64,000 bases of DNA from contig OZ244812.1 in the NCBI GenBank assembly GCA_965220205.1, positions 1,447,675 through 1,511,674 of the forward strand, in the 5' to 3' direction. This document shows positions 27,231 through 37,381 of this stretch, piece by piece. Position 1 is the stretch's first letter; each line of letters opens with the position of its first letter. Position numbers and translations under genes: made by a program. Source of the stretch: Dehalococcoidia bacterium. Its GTDB lineage: Bacteria > Chloroflexota > Dehalococcoidia > Lucifugimonadales > Australimonadaceae. A model generated the notes under the pieces. It saw nothing but the letters and a program-made list of their open reading frames with translations, did not search any database and was not told the origin of the DNA.

Positions 27231-27285
27231 ACGGTCCGGGGCGATCTTGTCGGCTATCCAGCGGTAGACGCCCACGCGCGATTCG

Positions 27286-28461
27286 TCAGTACGCGCACGG
27301 GACCTGATGCGATAGCGACACCTCGCGACGCTCCCGCGACGAGTCCAAGATGCCTGTGAGCACCTCGAGCGTGGCCATCCCCCATGCTTCGCCTGGGAAC
27401 GTTGCCCGGTCCTCGCGCAGCGCCGCCTGCAGCTCGATGAGTTCGGCGCGACCTGGAGCGCCGCGCTCGACCGGCGCCTCTTCCCTGCCCGCCTCCGTGT
27501 AGACGTAGAGCCCGTCCGGCGACTGGCGGATGTCGCCCCGCTCGCAGCTCACGAGCGTCAGGCCGTAGAACGGCTGGAACCGGCGTCGCTCTCCCCGTTC
27601 CGCTCGAGCGCCGCCTGTGTTCGCCTCGACCCACTGATCGATCGCCGCCGCCCCGGCGGGCGCGGCGAAGCGCTGCGCTGCCGGCGCGTCGAGCTCCCGC
27701 TGCTGACCACCCTCGCCGATGCCCCACGTCAGTTCCGTGATGTCGAAGTAGCCGTAGCCGTTGAACGCCATCGTTGCCGCCGTGCCGTCCTCGAACTCCA
27801 GAAACGCCGTGTAGTCTCCTTCTCCAAGGGGAAAGTCGGGATGCCACCGGCCGGCGACGGCCCGCACGCTACGGACCATTCCGCCCGCTATGCCGCGGAC
27901 TACGTCTACTTGGTGGGGACCCTGCCGGTAAAGCACGCCGCCGCCCTGGCTCGTGTCGTATTCGGAAGCGCGGCGCGGCTGACCCGAGATCCACGGCTTG
28001 TACTCCCATGTGTTGACCTGAATCACCCGCCCGAGCTCCCCGGATGAGACAATCTCCCGCATACGCCGCACCGGCGGGTCGAACAGTTTCGAGTGGCCCT
28101 GAACGTACCTGACGCCATTCCGGTTGATCGCCTCGACCATGGCCTGCGCCTCTTCCAGCGTCACCGCCATCGGCTTCTCGCAAATCACGTGTTTGCCGTG
28201 CTCCGCCGCCGCGATTGTGTGCTCGGCGTGGAACATGTTGGGCGTGCAAACCCAGACGACATCAACGTCGGAGCTTGAGCACATCGCCTCGACAGTCGCG
28301 TAGGTCTGCACGCCGTAGCGCGTACGCGCCTCCTCACGCGGCCCCTCACGAGGAGCCGCGACTGCCGTCAGCTCAATTCCAGGCATCGCCACAATGCCCG
28401 GAATGATCTGGCGCGTCACGCTCCCGAACCCGGCGATGCCGACCCGCAACTTTGACTCCAC
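27286..28461 (-). CDS. Gfo/Idh/MocA family oxidoreductase
   Basis: GTG 28461 preceded by GGAGG gives (M)ESKLRVGIAGFGS; CEKPMAVTLEEA motif. The track start at 28569 is an extension. Confidence 0.85.
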   Translation of the reverse strand: MESKLRVGIAGFGSVTRQIIPGIVAMPGIELTAVAAPREGPREEARTRYGVQTYATVEAMCSSSDVDVVWVCTPNMFHAEHTIAAAEHGKHVICEKPMAVTLEEAQAMVEAINRNGVRYVQGHSKLFDPPVRRMREIVSSGELGRVIQVNTWEYKPWISGQPRRASEYDTSQGGGVLYRQGPHQVDVVRGIAGGMVRSVRAVAGRWHPDFPLGEGDYTAFLEFEDGTAATMAFNGYGYFDITELTWGIGEGGQQRELDAPAAQRFAAPAGAAAIDQWVEANTGGARAERGERRRFQPFYGLTLVSCERGDIRQSPDGLYVYTEAGREEAPVERGAPGRAELIELQAALREDRATFPGEAWGMATLEVLTGILDSSRERREVSLSHQVPCAY

Positions 28462-28598
28462 ATCCGCCTCCGCGATGGCTCCGCAATACACGAGCCGCTC
28501 GGAACTGCGGTAAGCATAGGCCGGCCCTCGCGCTGCGGACAAGCAGCGCGAGGGCCCCCGTATAGCCACGCCCGGCGCCGATTCCCTACAATCGGGGC

Positions 28599-29291
28599 AT
28601 GACAGACCAAACAGTGCTCGTCGTTGAAGACGAAGAGAACCTCGCGGTCGCGCTCCGCTACAACCTGGTGCGCGAGGGCTACTCGGTGCGCGTCGCGAAC
28701 GACGGGAGCGCGGGACTCGAGATTGCGCGGAGCACGTCGCCGGATCTCATCATCCTCGACGTCATGCTGCCGGGCATCAGCGGCTACGATATCTGCAGAG
28801 AGATTAGGCGCGAGTCCGACGTGCCGATCCTCATGCTCACGGCGCGCGGGGAGGAGGTCGACAAGGTCGTCGGGCTCGAACTCGGGGCCGACGACTACGT
28901 GACCAAGCCGTTCAGCGTCCGGGAACTCATGGCGCGCGTCCGCGCCCTGCTCCGGCGGCCCCGCGGCAGCGTGGCCGGCGCAAGTCTCCCCCAAACGGCG
29001 AAATCGGGCGACCTCGAGATTGACAACGTCTCGCACGTCGTCCGTAAGAACGGAATTGCCATCGAGCTCAAGCCGCGTGAGTTCGACCTCCTCGCCCTGC
29101 TGGTGGCGAACCCAGGACGGGCCTACACGCGCGATCAGCTGCTCAACGCGTTGTGGGGCCGCGACTACATAGGCGACGCGCGCACCGTGGACGTCCATGT
29201 GCGCTGGCTGCGCAGGAAGATCGAGGACGAGCCCAGCAACCCCCAGCGGCTCGTGACTCTGCGAGGCGTTGGCTACCGGTTCGAGGGATGA
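28599..29291 (+). CDS. OmpR/PhoB-family response regulator
   Basis: Receiver domain VLVVEDEE...DLIILDVMLPG...; winged-helix C-terminus LVTLRGVGYRF. Confidence 0.9.
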   Translation: MTDQTVLVVEDEENLAVALRYNLVREGYSVRVANDGSAGLEIARSTSPDLIILDVMLPGISGYDICREIRRESDVPILMLTARGEEVDKVVGLELGADDYVTKPFSVRELMARVRALLRRPRGSVAGASLPQTAKSGDLEIDNVSHVVRKNGIAIELKPREFDLLALLVANPGRAYTRDQLLNALWGRDYIGDARTVDVHVRWLRRKIEDEPSNPQRLVTLRGVGYRFEG

Positions 29292-31024
29292 GACTCCCGC
29301 GGTCGCTCCTCTGGCGGATGACGCTCGCGCACGCCCTTCTCCTCGTCTTCGCGCTTGGCGTCGTTAGCGTCTATCTCATCAGTTTCGTGCGCGGGACTTA
29401 CCTCGACGATCTCGAGGGGCGGCTGGAGCACGAGGCCCGACTCACCGCCGATAGCGCCGCCCGGTTGCTAAACGCCTCGCCCGACGGCATCGAGCTGCAG
29501 GTCCTCGCCGAGAACGCGGGAATGGCGGCGGACGCGCGCGTTACGATCGTCGATCCGGCCGGCGTCGTGTTGGCGGACAACCAAGAGAGAGCCGCGGACA
29601 TGGCCAACTATCGCGGCCGCCCAGAGGTAGCCGCGGCGCTCGCGGGCAACGTCGGCCGCACTACACGGGAAAGCGCGGCGAGCGGCGAGCGGCTGCTCCA
29701 CAAGGCTGTGCCCATCTTGACCGGCGGCGAACCGGCCGGCGCGGTCATCGTTGCAGCCTCTATGTCAGGCGTGAACAGCAACATCAACCGCATCATCTGG
29801 ACCGTGACCATCGCCGGCCTCGTGGTCACCGCCCTAGCGTTGGGCCTCGGAGCTTGGATCGCTCGCCGCACCGTCAGCTCGGTGCGCTCGGTGGCGGACG
29901 GCGCTGCGCGGTTCGCCAACGGCGACCTCGACTATCGCGTCCCGCTCCAAGAGACTTCCGAGACGCGCCTGCTCGCCGAAGCTTTCAACCGTATGGCTGA
30001 CACGGTGCGTTCGACCATCAGGGACCTGTCCGACGAGCACGCGAAGCTCTCAGCGGTCCTCGACACGATGGGCGACGGCGTCGCGCTGATCACCGCCCCC
30101 GGCGCAATCGATCTCGTGAACAGCGCTGCGCGAGACCTGCTCAGCGTCGGCGAGAGCGGGAGCGGCGCTCCCCGCCTCCGCGACCCCGACCTTCTCCAAC
30201 TGACACGCCGGGCCGTCCAGGAGAACACGCGGCAGCAGCGCGACATCGAGCTCGTGCCGGGCCCGCGCTATATCAGTGCGATCGCCACTCCCCTCGACGG
30301 CAAGCACGTGCTGCTGACGCTGCACGACCTTACAACGGTGCGGCAGCTTGACGTCACTCGGCGCGAGTTCGTCAGCAACGTGTCCCACGAGCTGCGCAAC
30401 CCCCTCGCCTCGATGACCGCTATCGTTGAAACGCTAGAGGGGGGCGCCGTCGCCGACCCGGAGGCCGCAGCCGATTTCCTCGCGCGCGTCCGGAGCGACA
30501 TCGAACGCATGAACGCGCTCGTCAACGACCTGCTCATGCTCTCCCGCATCGAGAGCGGGCGCGAGGAGCTGGACCGCGTTCGAGTAGACGTGACCGAGTT
30601 GTTCGAGGACGCCAGACGCGGAGCGGCGACGAAGCACGGACCGCTCGCCCGTATTGTCGTCGAGACGGAACAACAGCCGATTGCTCTCGCCGACCCGCGC
30701 CGGGTCCGTCAGGTCGTCGACAACCTGCTCGACAACGCCCTGCGCTTCACGCCCGCCGACGGCGCCGTTACGTTGCGCTCATGGACCCACGAGGGCGCCG
30801 TCCACCTGTCGGTGTCCGACACTGGCCCCGGGATCGCCCAAGAGCACCTCCCACACCTTTTCGAGCGGTTCTACAAGGCGGACCCCTCTCGCCACGACCC
30901 GGGCACCGGCCTCGGCCTCGCCATCGCCCGCCACATCGTCGAGGCCCACGGAGGGCACATCTCGGTGCGCAGCCAGCTGGGCCGCGGGTCCACGTTCGAG
31001 GCGACGCTCCCCGCAGCGCCCTAA
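29288..31024 (+). CDS. sensor histidine kinase (PhoR-like: TM-HAMP-PAS-HisKA-HATPase)
   Basis: ATG 29288 overlaps the regulator stop (ATGA); H-box FVSNVSHELRNPL; N/G boxes DNALRFT, DTGPGI, GTGLGLAI; next to pstCAB-phoU. Confidence 0.88.
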   Translation: MRLPRSLLWRMTLAHALLLVFALGVVSVYLISFVRGTYLDDLEGRLEHEARLTADSAARLLNASPDGIELQVLAENAGMAADARVTIVDPAGVVLADNQERAADMANYRGRPEVAAALAGNVGRTTRESAASGERLLHKAVPILTGGEPAGAVIVAASMSGVNSNINRIIWTVTIAGLVVTALALGLGAWIARRTVSSVRSVADGAARFANGDLDYRVPLQETSETRLLAEAFNRMADTVRSTIRDLSDEHAKLSAVLDTMGDGVALITAPGAIDLVNSAARDLLSVGESGSGAPRLRDPDLLQLTRRAVQENTRQQRDIELVPGPRYISAIATPLDGKHVLLTLHDLTTVRQLDVTRREFVSNVSHELRNPLASMTAIVETLEGGAVADPEAAADFLARVRSDIERMNALVNDLLMLSRIESGREELDRVRVDVTELFEDARRGAATKHGPLARIVVETEQQPIALADPRRVRQVVDNLLDNALRFTPADGAVTLRSWTHEGAVHLSVSDTGPGIAQEHLPHLFERFYKADPSRHDPGTGLGLAIARHIVEAHGGHISVRSQLGRGSTFEATLPAAP

Positions 31025-31052
31025 CGCCGCGCTAACGCCCCGCTAATGGGGC

Positions 31053-31091
31053 GTTAACAGCCCGTTCACAGAAGGGTTCTACCGTGTTGGC
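31053..31091 (+). promoter_or_regulatory. PHO-box-like array of direct repeats upstream of pstC
   Basis: GTTAAC (31053), GTTCAC (31064), GTTCTA (31076), GTTGGC (31086): four GTT-headed units at 10-12-nt phasing. This is the spacing used by OmpR/PhoB-family regulators. Confidence 0.35.
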
Positions 31092-31183
31092 GAGGTTGGC
31101 GGGCTTCCTTGCCTTCTTGCTCGCCGCTCGGCGGCGTACGCTGGGCCGCCCATGCCGCCTGTGGAGATTCGAATCACGGGGGG

Positions 31184-32137
31184 GTGACTGCTTTCGACGC
31201 TCAGTCCACGCATGGGTCGTCCCAGTTCGGCGAGCGGGCCAAGGGCCGGTTAACCCGCAAGCGCCGCGACGTGCCGGGCGGCATCGCCCATGCACTGTTC
31301 CTGGGGAGCGCGCTGCTCTCGGTCGCGACGACCATCGGCATTGTCGCCACATTGCTCGTGCAGGCCGCTGGGTTCTTCTCCGACGTGTCAATCGGAGAGT
31401 TCCTCTTCGGGACCCGTTGGTCTCCCATCCTCAAGCCGCAGTCGTTCGGGGTGCTCCCGCTGGTGGCGGGCACGATGCTCGTCGCGGCTATCGCGGCCGG
31501 GGTCGCCGTGCCGACCGGCTTGGGCATCGCGATCTTCCTGGCTGAATACGCTCCCGACCGCCTGCGCAAGACGCTCAAGCCTACGTTAGAGGTGCTGGCG
31601 GGAATTCCCACCGTCGTCTACGGGTTTTTCGCGCTCACGTTCGTCACGCCGCTGCTCCAGCGAGTGCTGCCGGACCTGCTGGTCTACAACGCGCTGACCG
31701 CCGGCATCGTGATGGGTCTGATGATTATCCCGATGATCTCCTCCCTGAGCGAGGATGCGATGGTCGCCGTTCCGCGGTCTCTGCGTCAGGCCGCCTACGC
31801 ACTCGGGGCAACCCGCCTCGAGGTCGCCGTCAAGGTCGTTGTCCCGGCAGCCTTCTCGGGCATCGTCGCGTCGTTCATCCTGGCGATATCGCGGGCCATC
31901 GGCGAGACGATGCTCGTCACGATTGCCGCAGGGGCCAGGCCGCGGCTCACCGCGAACCCGCTGGAGGACATCCAAACCATGACGGCCTACATCGTGCAGG
32001 TGGCGCTCGGCGAGGCCGCGCACGGCTCGCTCGCATACAACACAATCTTCGCGGTGGGACTCCTGCTCTTCTTCTTGACGCTGACCATGAACGTCCTGGG
32101 GAATGTCCTCGTCCGCAGGTTCCGCGAGGCGTACTGA
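31184..32137 (+). CDS. pstC: phosphate ABC transporter permease PstC
   Basis: Multi-TM protein with EAAxxLG-type loop [16 protein letters not shown]; start uncertain (GTG 31184 chosen; track ATG 31109). Confidence 0.85.
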   Translation: MTAFDAQSTHGSSQFGERAKGRLTRKRRDVPGGIAHALFLGSALLSVATTIGIVATLLVQAAGFFSDVSIGEFLFGTRWSPILKPQSFGVLPLVAGTMLVAAIAAGVAVPTGLGIAIFLAEYAPDRLRKTLKPTLEVLAGIPTVVYGFFALTFVTPLLQRVLPDLLVYNALTAGIVMGLMIIPMISSLSEDAMVAVPRSLRQAAYALGATRLEVAVKVVVPAAFSGIVASFILAISRAIGETMLVTIAAGARPRLTANPLEDIQTMTAYIVQVALGEAAHGSLAYNTIFAVGLLLFFLTLTMNVLGNVLVRRFREAY

Positions 32138-33024
32138 TGGCGTCGAGACAGATGTCAGACCGGTTTCGGCCACGAACGGCAGCCCGCCGTCGCCGCACCA
32201 TACTGTTCCTCGGGCTTTTCCTGCTCGCGGTGCTCGTCGGCCTCGCGGGCCTCGTGTCGCTCCTAGCGCAGATCCTCTGGCAGGGCCTCCCCTACCTCTC
32301 AATCAACTTTCTCTTCGACTTCCCGTCGCGTTTCGCAGACCAGGCTGGGATCAAGCCGGCCCTGTTCGGCACACTGTGGATCATGGCTCTCACCGCGCTA
32401 TTCGTGGTGCCGGTGGGCGTGAGTTCAGCAATCTACCTAGAGGAGTACGCTCCGAAGAACCTGCTCACCCGGCTCATCGAGATCAACATCTCGAACCTTG
32501 CCGGCGTGCCGTCGATCGTGTACGGACTGCTGGGCCTGGCGGTGTTCGTGCAGCTGCTGTCGATGGGACGAATCATCATTGCCGGCGCCCTCACCATGGG
32601 GTTACTCGTGCTGCCGATCGTCATCATCGCATCCCGCGAGGCGATACGCGCCGTGCCCAGCACCTATCGCGAGGCGGCCTATGGACTCGGCGCCACGCGG
32701 TTTCAAGTCGTGAAGGGCGTCGTGCTCCCCCAGGCTGTTCCGGGCATTCTGACGGGGACGATTCTTGCCATGTCGCGGGCCATTGGCGAAGCTGCGCCCA
32801 TGGTGGCAATCAGCGCCCTGGCGTTCATGACCTTTACACCGACCAGTCCACTAGATACCTTCACAGTGCTGCCCATCCAGATATTCAATTGGGTCCAGGA
32901 CCCGCGAGAGGGATTCTCGGACATCGCGGCGGCTGCGATCATCGTCCTGCTGGCCGCCTTGCTCAGCATGAACGCAGTGGCAATCTACATTCGCAATCGG
33001 ACGCAAACGAGGTCGGAAGAATGA
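32137..33024 (+). CDS. pstA: phosphate ABC transporter permease PstA
   Basis: ATG overlaps the pstC stop; [16 protein letters not shown] loop; 295 aa. Confidence 0.88.
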   Translation: MASRQMSDRFRPRTAARRRRTILFLGLFLLAVLVGLAGLVSLLAQILWQGLPYLSINFLFDFPSRFADQAGIKPALFGTLWIMALTALFVVPVGVSSAIYLEEYAPKNLLTRLIEINISNLAGVPSIVYGLLGLAVFVQLLSMGRIIIAGALTMGLLVLPIVIIASREAIRAVPSTYREAAYGLGATRFQVVKGVVLPQAVPGILTGTILAMSRAIGEAAPMVAISALAFMTFTPTSPLDTFTVLPIQIFNWVQDPREGFSDIAAAAIIVLLAALLSMNAVAIYIRNRTQTRSEE

Positions 33025-33827
33025 CCGAGCGACAGACGGCACAAGCCAACGCCGCCGGCGGGACGGACAACGCCCTGACCGCACGTGGGCTCGAGGTGTA
33101 CTACGGCGGCTTCCGTGCGCTGAAAGAAATCAACCTCGACATCGGCAGGAACATGATTACGGCGCTGATCGGTCCGTCAGGCTCGGGGAAGAGCACGCTG
33201 CTGCGCTGCTTCAACCGGATGAACGACCTCGTGGCCGGCGCTTCCATCCGTGGACAGGTGCTCTTCGACGGCGAGGACATCTACGACTCCTCAGTCGACC
33301 CGACCGATGTCCGCCGCCGGATCGGCATGGTCTTCCAGAAACCGAACCCCTTTCCCAAGTCGATCTTCGAGAACGTCGCGTTCGGACTGCGGATCAACGG
33401 CTACCGGGGCGACGTGCGCGAGGGAGTCGAACGGTCCCTGCGCAACGCCGCGTTGTGGGACGAGGTCTCGGACCGGCTCGACGAGAGTGCGCTCAAGCTG
33501 TCGGGCGGCCAGCAACAACGGCTGTGCATTGCGCGTGCACTCGCGGTCGAGCCGGAGGTGATCCTGATGGACGAGCCCGCGTCGTCCCTTGACCCAATCT
33601 CGACGCTGGCAATCGAAGAGTTGATGCGGCGGTTGAGCGTCGACTATACAATCGTTGTGGTCACGCACAATATGCAGCAAGCCGCGAGGGTGTCCGATCA
33701 GACTGCATTCCTGACAATGGACGAGGACCGCGCCGGGTACCTCGTGGAGGTCGCGCCCACGCAAACCATCTTCACCAACCCGGAACACGGGCGGACCGAG
33801 GCGTACATCACGGGACGATTCGGCTAG
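33021..33827 (+). CDS. pstB: phosphate ABC transporter ATP-binding protein PstB
   Basis: ATG 33021 overlaps the pstA stop (ATGA); Walker [31 protein letters not shown]. The track ORF from 32103 is an out-of-context extension. Confidence 0.92.
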   Translation: MTERQTAQANAAGGTDNALTARGLEVYYGGFRALKEINLDIGRNMITALIGPSGSGKSTLLRCFNRMNDLVAGASIRGQVLFDGEDIYDSSVDPTDVRRRIGMVFQKPNPFPKSIFENVAFGLRINGYRGDVREGVERSLRNAALWDEVSDRLDESALKLSGGQQQRLCIARALAVEPEVILMDEPASSLDPISTLAIEELMRRLSVDYTIVVVTHNMQQAARVSDQTAFLTMDEDRAGYLVEVAPTQTIFTNPEHGRTEAYITGRFG

Positions 33828-33846
33828 CGCCGCAGGAGCTGACGAT

Positions 33847-34521
33847 ATGGCAAGTTCAAACAGGGCATCGTTTGACCGCCAACTGGGCGAGCTCCAGAGC
33901 GACCTCCTCATGCTCGGGGGTATGGTTGAGAAGTCGGTGGGCAGGGCCGTCGAGGCGCTTCGCCTCCGTGACCTGGACGCCTCGGCGCAGGTCGTCAGGG
34001 ACGACGACGAAATCGACCACCTCCGGTTCGAAATCGAGGACCGCTGCGTGAACCTCATCGCACAGCAGCAGCCGATGGCAGGCGACCTTCGCCGCATCAT
34101 TGCGATTCTGCACATTGCCGTCGAGCTCGAGCGCATGGGCGACTACGCGGAGGGCATTGGCAAGATCAGCCTGATGATGGGCAACGAGCAGCCGTTGAAG
34201 CCCCTCATCGACATCCCGCGCATGGCGGACGCCGCGACGACCATGCTGCGCCACAGCTTGGACGCGCTCGTCGAGCGCAACGTCGAACTGGCCGTCCAGG
34301 TCTGCGACGCGGACGACGAGGTGGACAATCTCTACGATCAGGTGTTTCGCGAGTTGCTCACCTACATGATTCAGGACCCCAGAGCCATCCAACGCGCGAC
34401 CTACCTGCTGTGGACGGCCCACGACCTCGAACGCCTGGCAGACCGCGCCACCAACATCGCCGAGCGCGTCATCTTCTCCATCACAGGCAAGATGGGGGGA
34501 GCCCACGCCTCGAAGTACTAA
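33847..34521 (+). CDS. phoU: phosphate signalling complex protein PhoU
   Basis: 224 aa, two repeated helical motifs ELERMGDYA / DLERLADRATNIAE. Confidence 0.9.
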   Translation: MASSNRASFDRQLGELQSDLLMLGGMVEKSVGRAVEALRLRDLDASAQVVRDDDEIDHLRFEIEDRCVNLIAQQQPMAGDLRRIIAILHIAVELERMGDYAEGIGKISLMMGNEQPLKPLIDIPRMADAATTMLRHSLDALVERNVELAVQVCDADDEVDNLYDQVFRELLTYMIQDPRAIQRATYLLWTAHDLERLADRATNIAERVIFSITGKMGGAHASKY

Positions 34522-34531
34522 GTCGGCGCCT

Positions 34532-36316
34532 TCAGCGATGGGCCGGGTTGAGGCGGCCCACTGTATGATCCAACCCCCGCTGAAGCCCGAGCCTGCGCGC
34601 GAGCATGGCGACAGTAACCGTCATGCCGATGATGAACAGGCTAACGATGCCCGCGCCTTCCCAATCAGATGAACCGCGCTCCAGCGCGTAGAGCGCCAGC
34701 GTCGTCGTATCGCGGTCCGCAAGCAGGATGACCGTGCTGGCGTTTCCCGCGGCGATGACGAAGTTGATCGTGCCGATGAGCACGAGCGTAGGCATCAGCA
34801 GTGGGACCCATATCCTGAAGTAGGTCGACCACCAGCCGGCCCCGGCAACGCGGGCCATCTCCTCCATGTCCGCGCCCATCTGAAGGAACACTCCCTTGAT
34901 CAGCTGCGTGCTGATCAGCTGCGCCTGCATCATGATGACCAGCGCCAGGGCGGGCAACGTGCCGAAGAGCGGCGCCAAGAGCGGGACCCGCAGAATCAGC
35001 CAGAGCAGCCCGAGGCCGGCTAGGAGTCCGGGCATCGCGGCGGAGACCCAGAGGATCGACTCGAGGACGATGCGCCCTCGGTAGGACGTGCGCGCCAGCA
35101 CGTAGGCCACGATCGAGAACAACAGTGGTCCCACAATGGCGGCGCCCAGCGAGAGCACCAGCGTGTTCCGGAACGCCAAGAGGAAGACGCGGTTGTCCAA
35201 GACGCTGCGCCAATGGTCGAGCGTCAGGACCGGGACGCTGTTGAAGAAGCCGACGCGAGTCATGAAGCTGCCCATGATCAAGACCGCGACCGGCACGACC
35301 AGCATCACGAACAGGAGGGCGGCGATCGCCGCGAACACAACACGTCTCCAACGGCCCAGATCGATCAGCCCGACCTTGAAGCTGCCGGTGACCGTGGTGT
35401 ACCGCCTGCGGGTAATCAGCCAGCGCTGCAGGGGGATGATCGCGGCGATGAACACGAGGATGATGCTCGCCAGTGCGGTCGCGGCGCCGTAGTTGGGAGG
35501 GTCGAAGTGGCGCTGGAACTGGAGAATCTTGGTCGAGTACACGAAGAACGATATTGGCGTCCCCAGGATCTGCTCCGTCTCGAACGACTGGAACATCCGC
35601 GCCAGGCTCAGCGCGAAGACGATTGTGGTAGCCGGGGCCATCACGGGCAGCGTCACCCTGAGCATCGCGCGCCACGCGCCGGCCCCGGACACCCGGGCAG
35701 CCTCCTCCAGCGCCATGTCCATATTCCTGAACGCGGGCGTCAGCAGCATGACCGTGCTCGCGATCGTGCCGCCGCTCATCAGACGCACCCAGATGATGCC
35801 GGGCACGCTGAATACGTCGAACGGGCCGTCGTCGAGCAAGGGCAGCAGCCCGATGGCCTGGTTCAGCAGCCCAAACTGACCGTCCGCCAAGTACCTCCAA
35901 CCGAGGGTCGTCGAGATGTCGGGCAACATGAACGCGAGCCAGAATGTCATCTCGAGCTTGCCGGCCAGCGGGACGTTGGTCCGGGCGAGGACCCACGCAA
36001 TCAGGACCGCCGGCGGAAACCCGAGAGCGGTGTACGCGCCGTAGACGAGGAATGTGTTGCGCAGGGCGGTCCCGATTCCGGGTTGCTCGAACGCCAGCCG
36101 CCAGTTGTCGAGCGACCACTGCTGCGGTTCGCCTAGCGCCCCGGTGTCGAAGCTCGTCACGACGATGGCGAGAACCGGGGCCAGGACCCATAGACCGAAC
36201 ACAAGCAGGAGTCCCGACATGACGAACGCTCCCGTTGTCGGGGTGAATCGAACGTTGCGCCGCTGGCCGCCGGTTGCGCGCTGCATGTCGGAAGCGGCCG
36301 TTCCGGCCATTGTCAT
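34532..36316 (-). CDS. ABC transporter permease with two fused BPD-type domains (FbpB/ThiP-like)
   Basis: 594 aa, ~12 TM segments, two EAA-like loops (LEEAARVSGAGAWRAM and MEEMARVAGAGWWSTY); no cognate ATPase or binding protein adjacent. Confidence 0.78.
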   Translation of the reverse strand: MTMAGTAASDMQRATGGQRRNVRFTPTTGAFVMSGLLLVFGLWVLAPVLAIVVTSFDTGALGEPQQWSLDNWRLAFEQPGIGTALRNTFLVYGAYTALGFPPAVLIAWVLARTNVPLAGKLEMTFWLAFMLPDISTTLGWRYLADGQFGLLNQAIGLLPLLDDGPFDVFSVPGIIWVRLMSGGTIASTVMLLTPAFRNMDMALEEAARVSGAGAWRAMLRVTLPVMAPATTIVFALSLARMFQSFETEQILGTPISFFVYSTKILQFQRHFDPPNYGAATALASIILVFIAAIIPLQRWLITRRRYTTVTGSFKVGLIDLGRWRRVVFAAIAALLFVMLVVPVAVLIMGSFMTRVGFFNSVPVLTLDHWRSVLDNRVFLLAFRNTLVLSLGAAIVGPLLFSIVAYVLARTSYRGRIVLESILWVSAAMPGLLAGLGLLWLILRVPLLAPLFGTLPALALVIMMQAQLISTQLIKGVFLQMGADMEEMARVAGAGWWSTYFRIWVPLLMPTLVLIGTINFVIAAGNASTVILLADRDTTTLALYALERGSSDWEGAGIVSLFIIGMTVTVAMLARRLGLQRGLDHTVGRLNPAHR

Positions 36317-36524
36317 CTCCGCTAGAGACGTGTCGGACCGCGAGGGTCGGGGGAGGCAAGCCGGTAGTGTAGTCTTACACTTCGTCAGGGTGTGTCGTGA
36401 GGACCGTCGGGCCAGGGACAGGAATAGCGCCTCGGTTGGCAGTTGGAGAATGTTAATCGGGCCGAATGTGAGGCTCCGCGTACGCCTGGGTAGGCGTTCT
36501 CAGGCGTGAGGGGCCCTCTTCTAC

Positions 36525-36544
36525 CTGTATCATTCTGTATCATT
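36525..36544. repeat. A+T-rich 10-bp tandem direct repeat
   Basis: ctgtatcatt ctgtatcatt, within the 524-bp gene-free spacer upstream of the permease. Confidence 0.6.
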
Positions 36545-36840
36545 CCGCCTCTGAGGCCGGACCGGACGCCGGTGGGCAGGGGGCTGCAAGGGGTAGGCCG
36601 TTGGCAGTAGGGTAAACGGCAGGTGGCGGTTACGCAACGGGTACGTGTCGCGGCCGCGACAGGACTCTCGATGCCGGAGGACTAGGGTTAGGGTGACGCA
36701 GGCGACAGCCCATGTGTCCCCCGTTGCTACGGGAGACTCAGCCGCGCTTCGCGCGACCTCTCCCCTTGAGAGGCGAGGTCGCCTCCAGCCATATATTCCC
36801 GGTCTAGGCGCCGGTAGCGACGAAGCGGGGCGCGCCGTGG

Positions 36841-37269
36841 TCAGGACGCGGACGCCCAAGGGTCGTACGTGCCGATGTTCCAGAGCTGTCCCTCGGGGTC
36901 GCGGACTGAGAAGAGGCTGCCGCCGTAGTGCTGATGGGTCAGCTCCATCGTGACGTTGGCCCCCGCCGCCTTGACCCTCTCGTAGCAGCCCTCGATGTCG
37001 CCTACGATGATGTACGCGCTCTGCGTCAGCATCCCATCGGCAGTGGACGCGACCACGACATTGTCCGGGATGTCTTCGCTGAACGAGCCGAGCATGATCA
37101 TGCCGTTGCCGAGCACGAGCTGCGCATGCGCCACTGAGCCTTCCGCATCGCCGGGCACGACGAGATGGCGTTCGAACCCCAGGACGTTGCAAAGCCAGTC
37201 GATGGCGGCGTAGGCGTCGCGGTACCGCATGCCGGGGATAATGTTTGACTTTGGAGTTGCCTGTTCCAT
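36841..37269 (-). CDS. VOC (glyoxalase/bleomycin-resistance/PhnB-like) family protein
   Basis: 142 aa; IPGMRYRDAYAAIDWLCNVLGFE...; GSLFSVRDPEGQLWNIGTYDPW. Confidence 0.8.
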   Translation of the reverse strand: MEQATPKSNIIPGMRYRDAYAAIDWLCNVLGFERHLVVPGDAEGSVAHAQLVLGNGMIMLGSFSEDIPDNVVVASTADGMLTQSAYIIVGDIEGCYERVKAAGANVTMELTHQHYGGSLFSVRDPEGQLWNIGTYDPWASAS

Positions 37270-37381
37270 GGGGTTCTCCTTGGCGATCCTGCATAAGCCG
37301 CAGTGGTGTTACGGCAGTAGCGCCCATCGGGCACCAGTTCACGCATCACCAAGGATACGATAACACGACGCCGCCTGATTC

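Noticed and set aside
34665-36359. 564-aa same-strand alternative frame over the ABC permease
   Set aside because: The translation is Arg/Pro-rich with no TM helices. The 34532-36316 frame gives ~12 hydrophobic segments and two EAA loops.
36317-36520. TPP riboswitch in front of the ThiP-like permease
   Set aside because: A CUGAGA string is present (minus strand), but the ACCUGAUCUGGUUAAUACCAGCG-type pyrimidine-sensor helix is absent.
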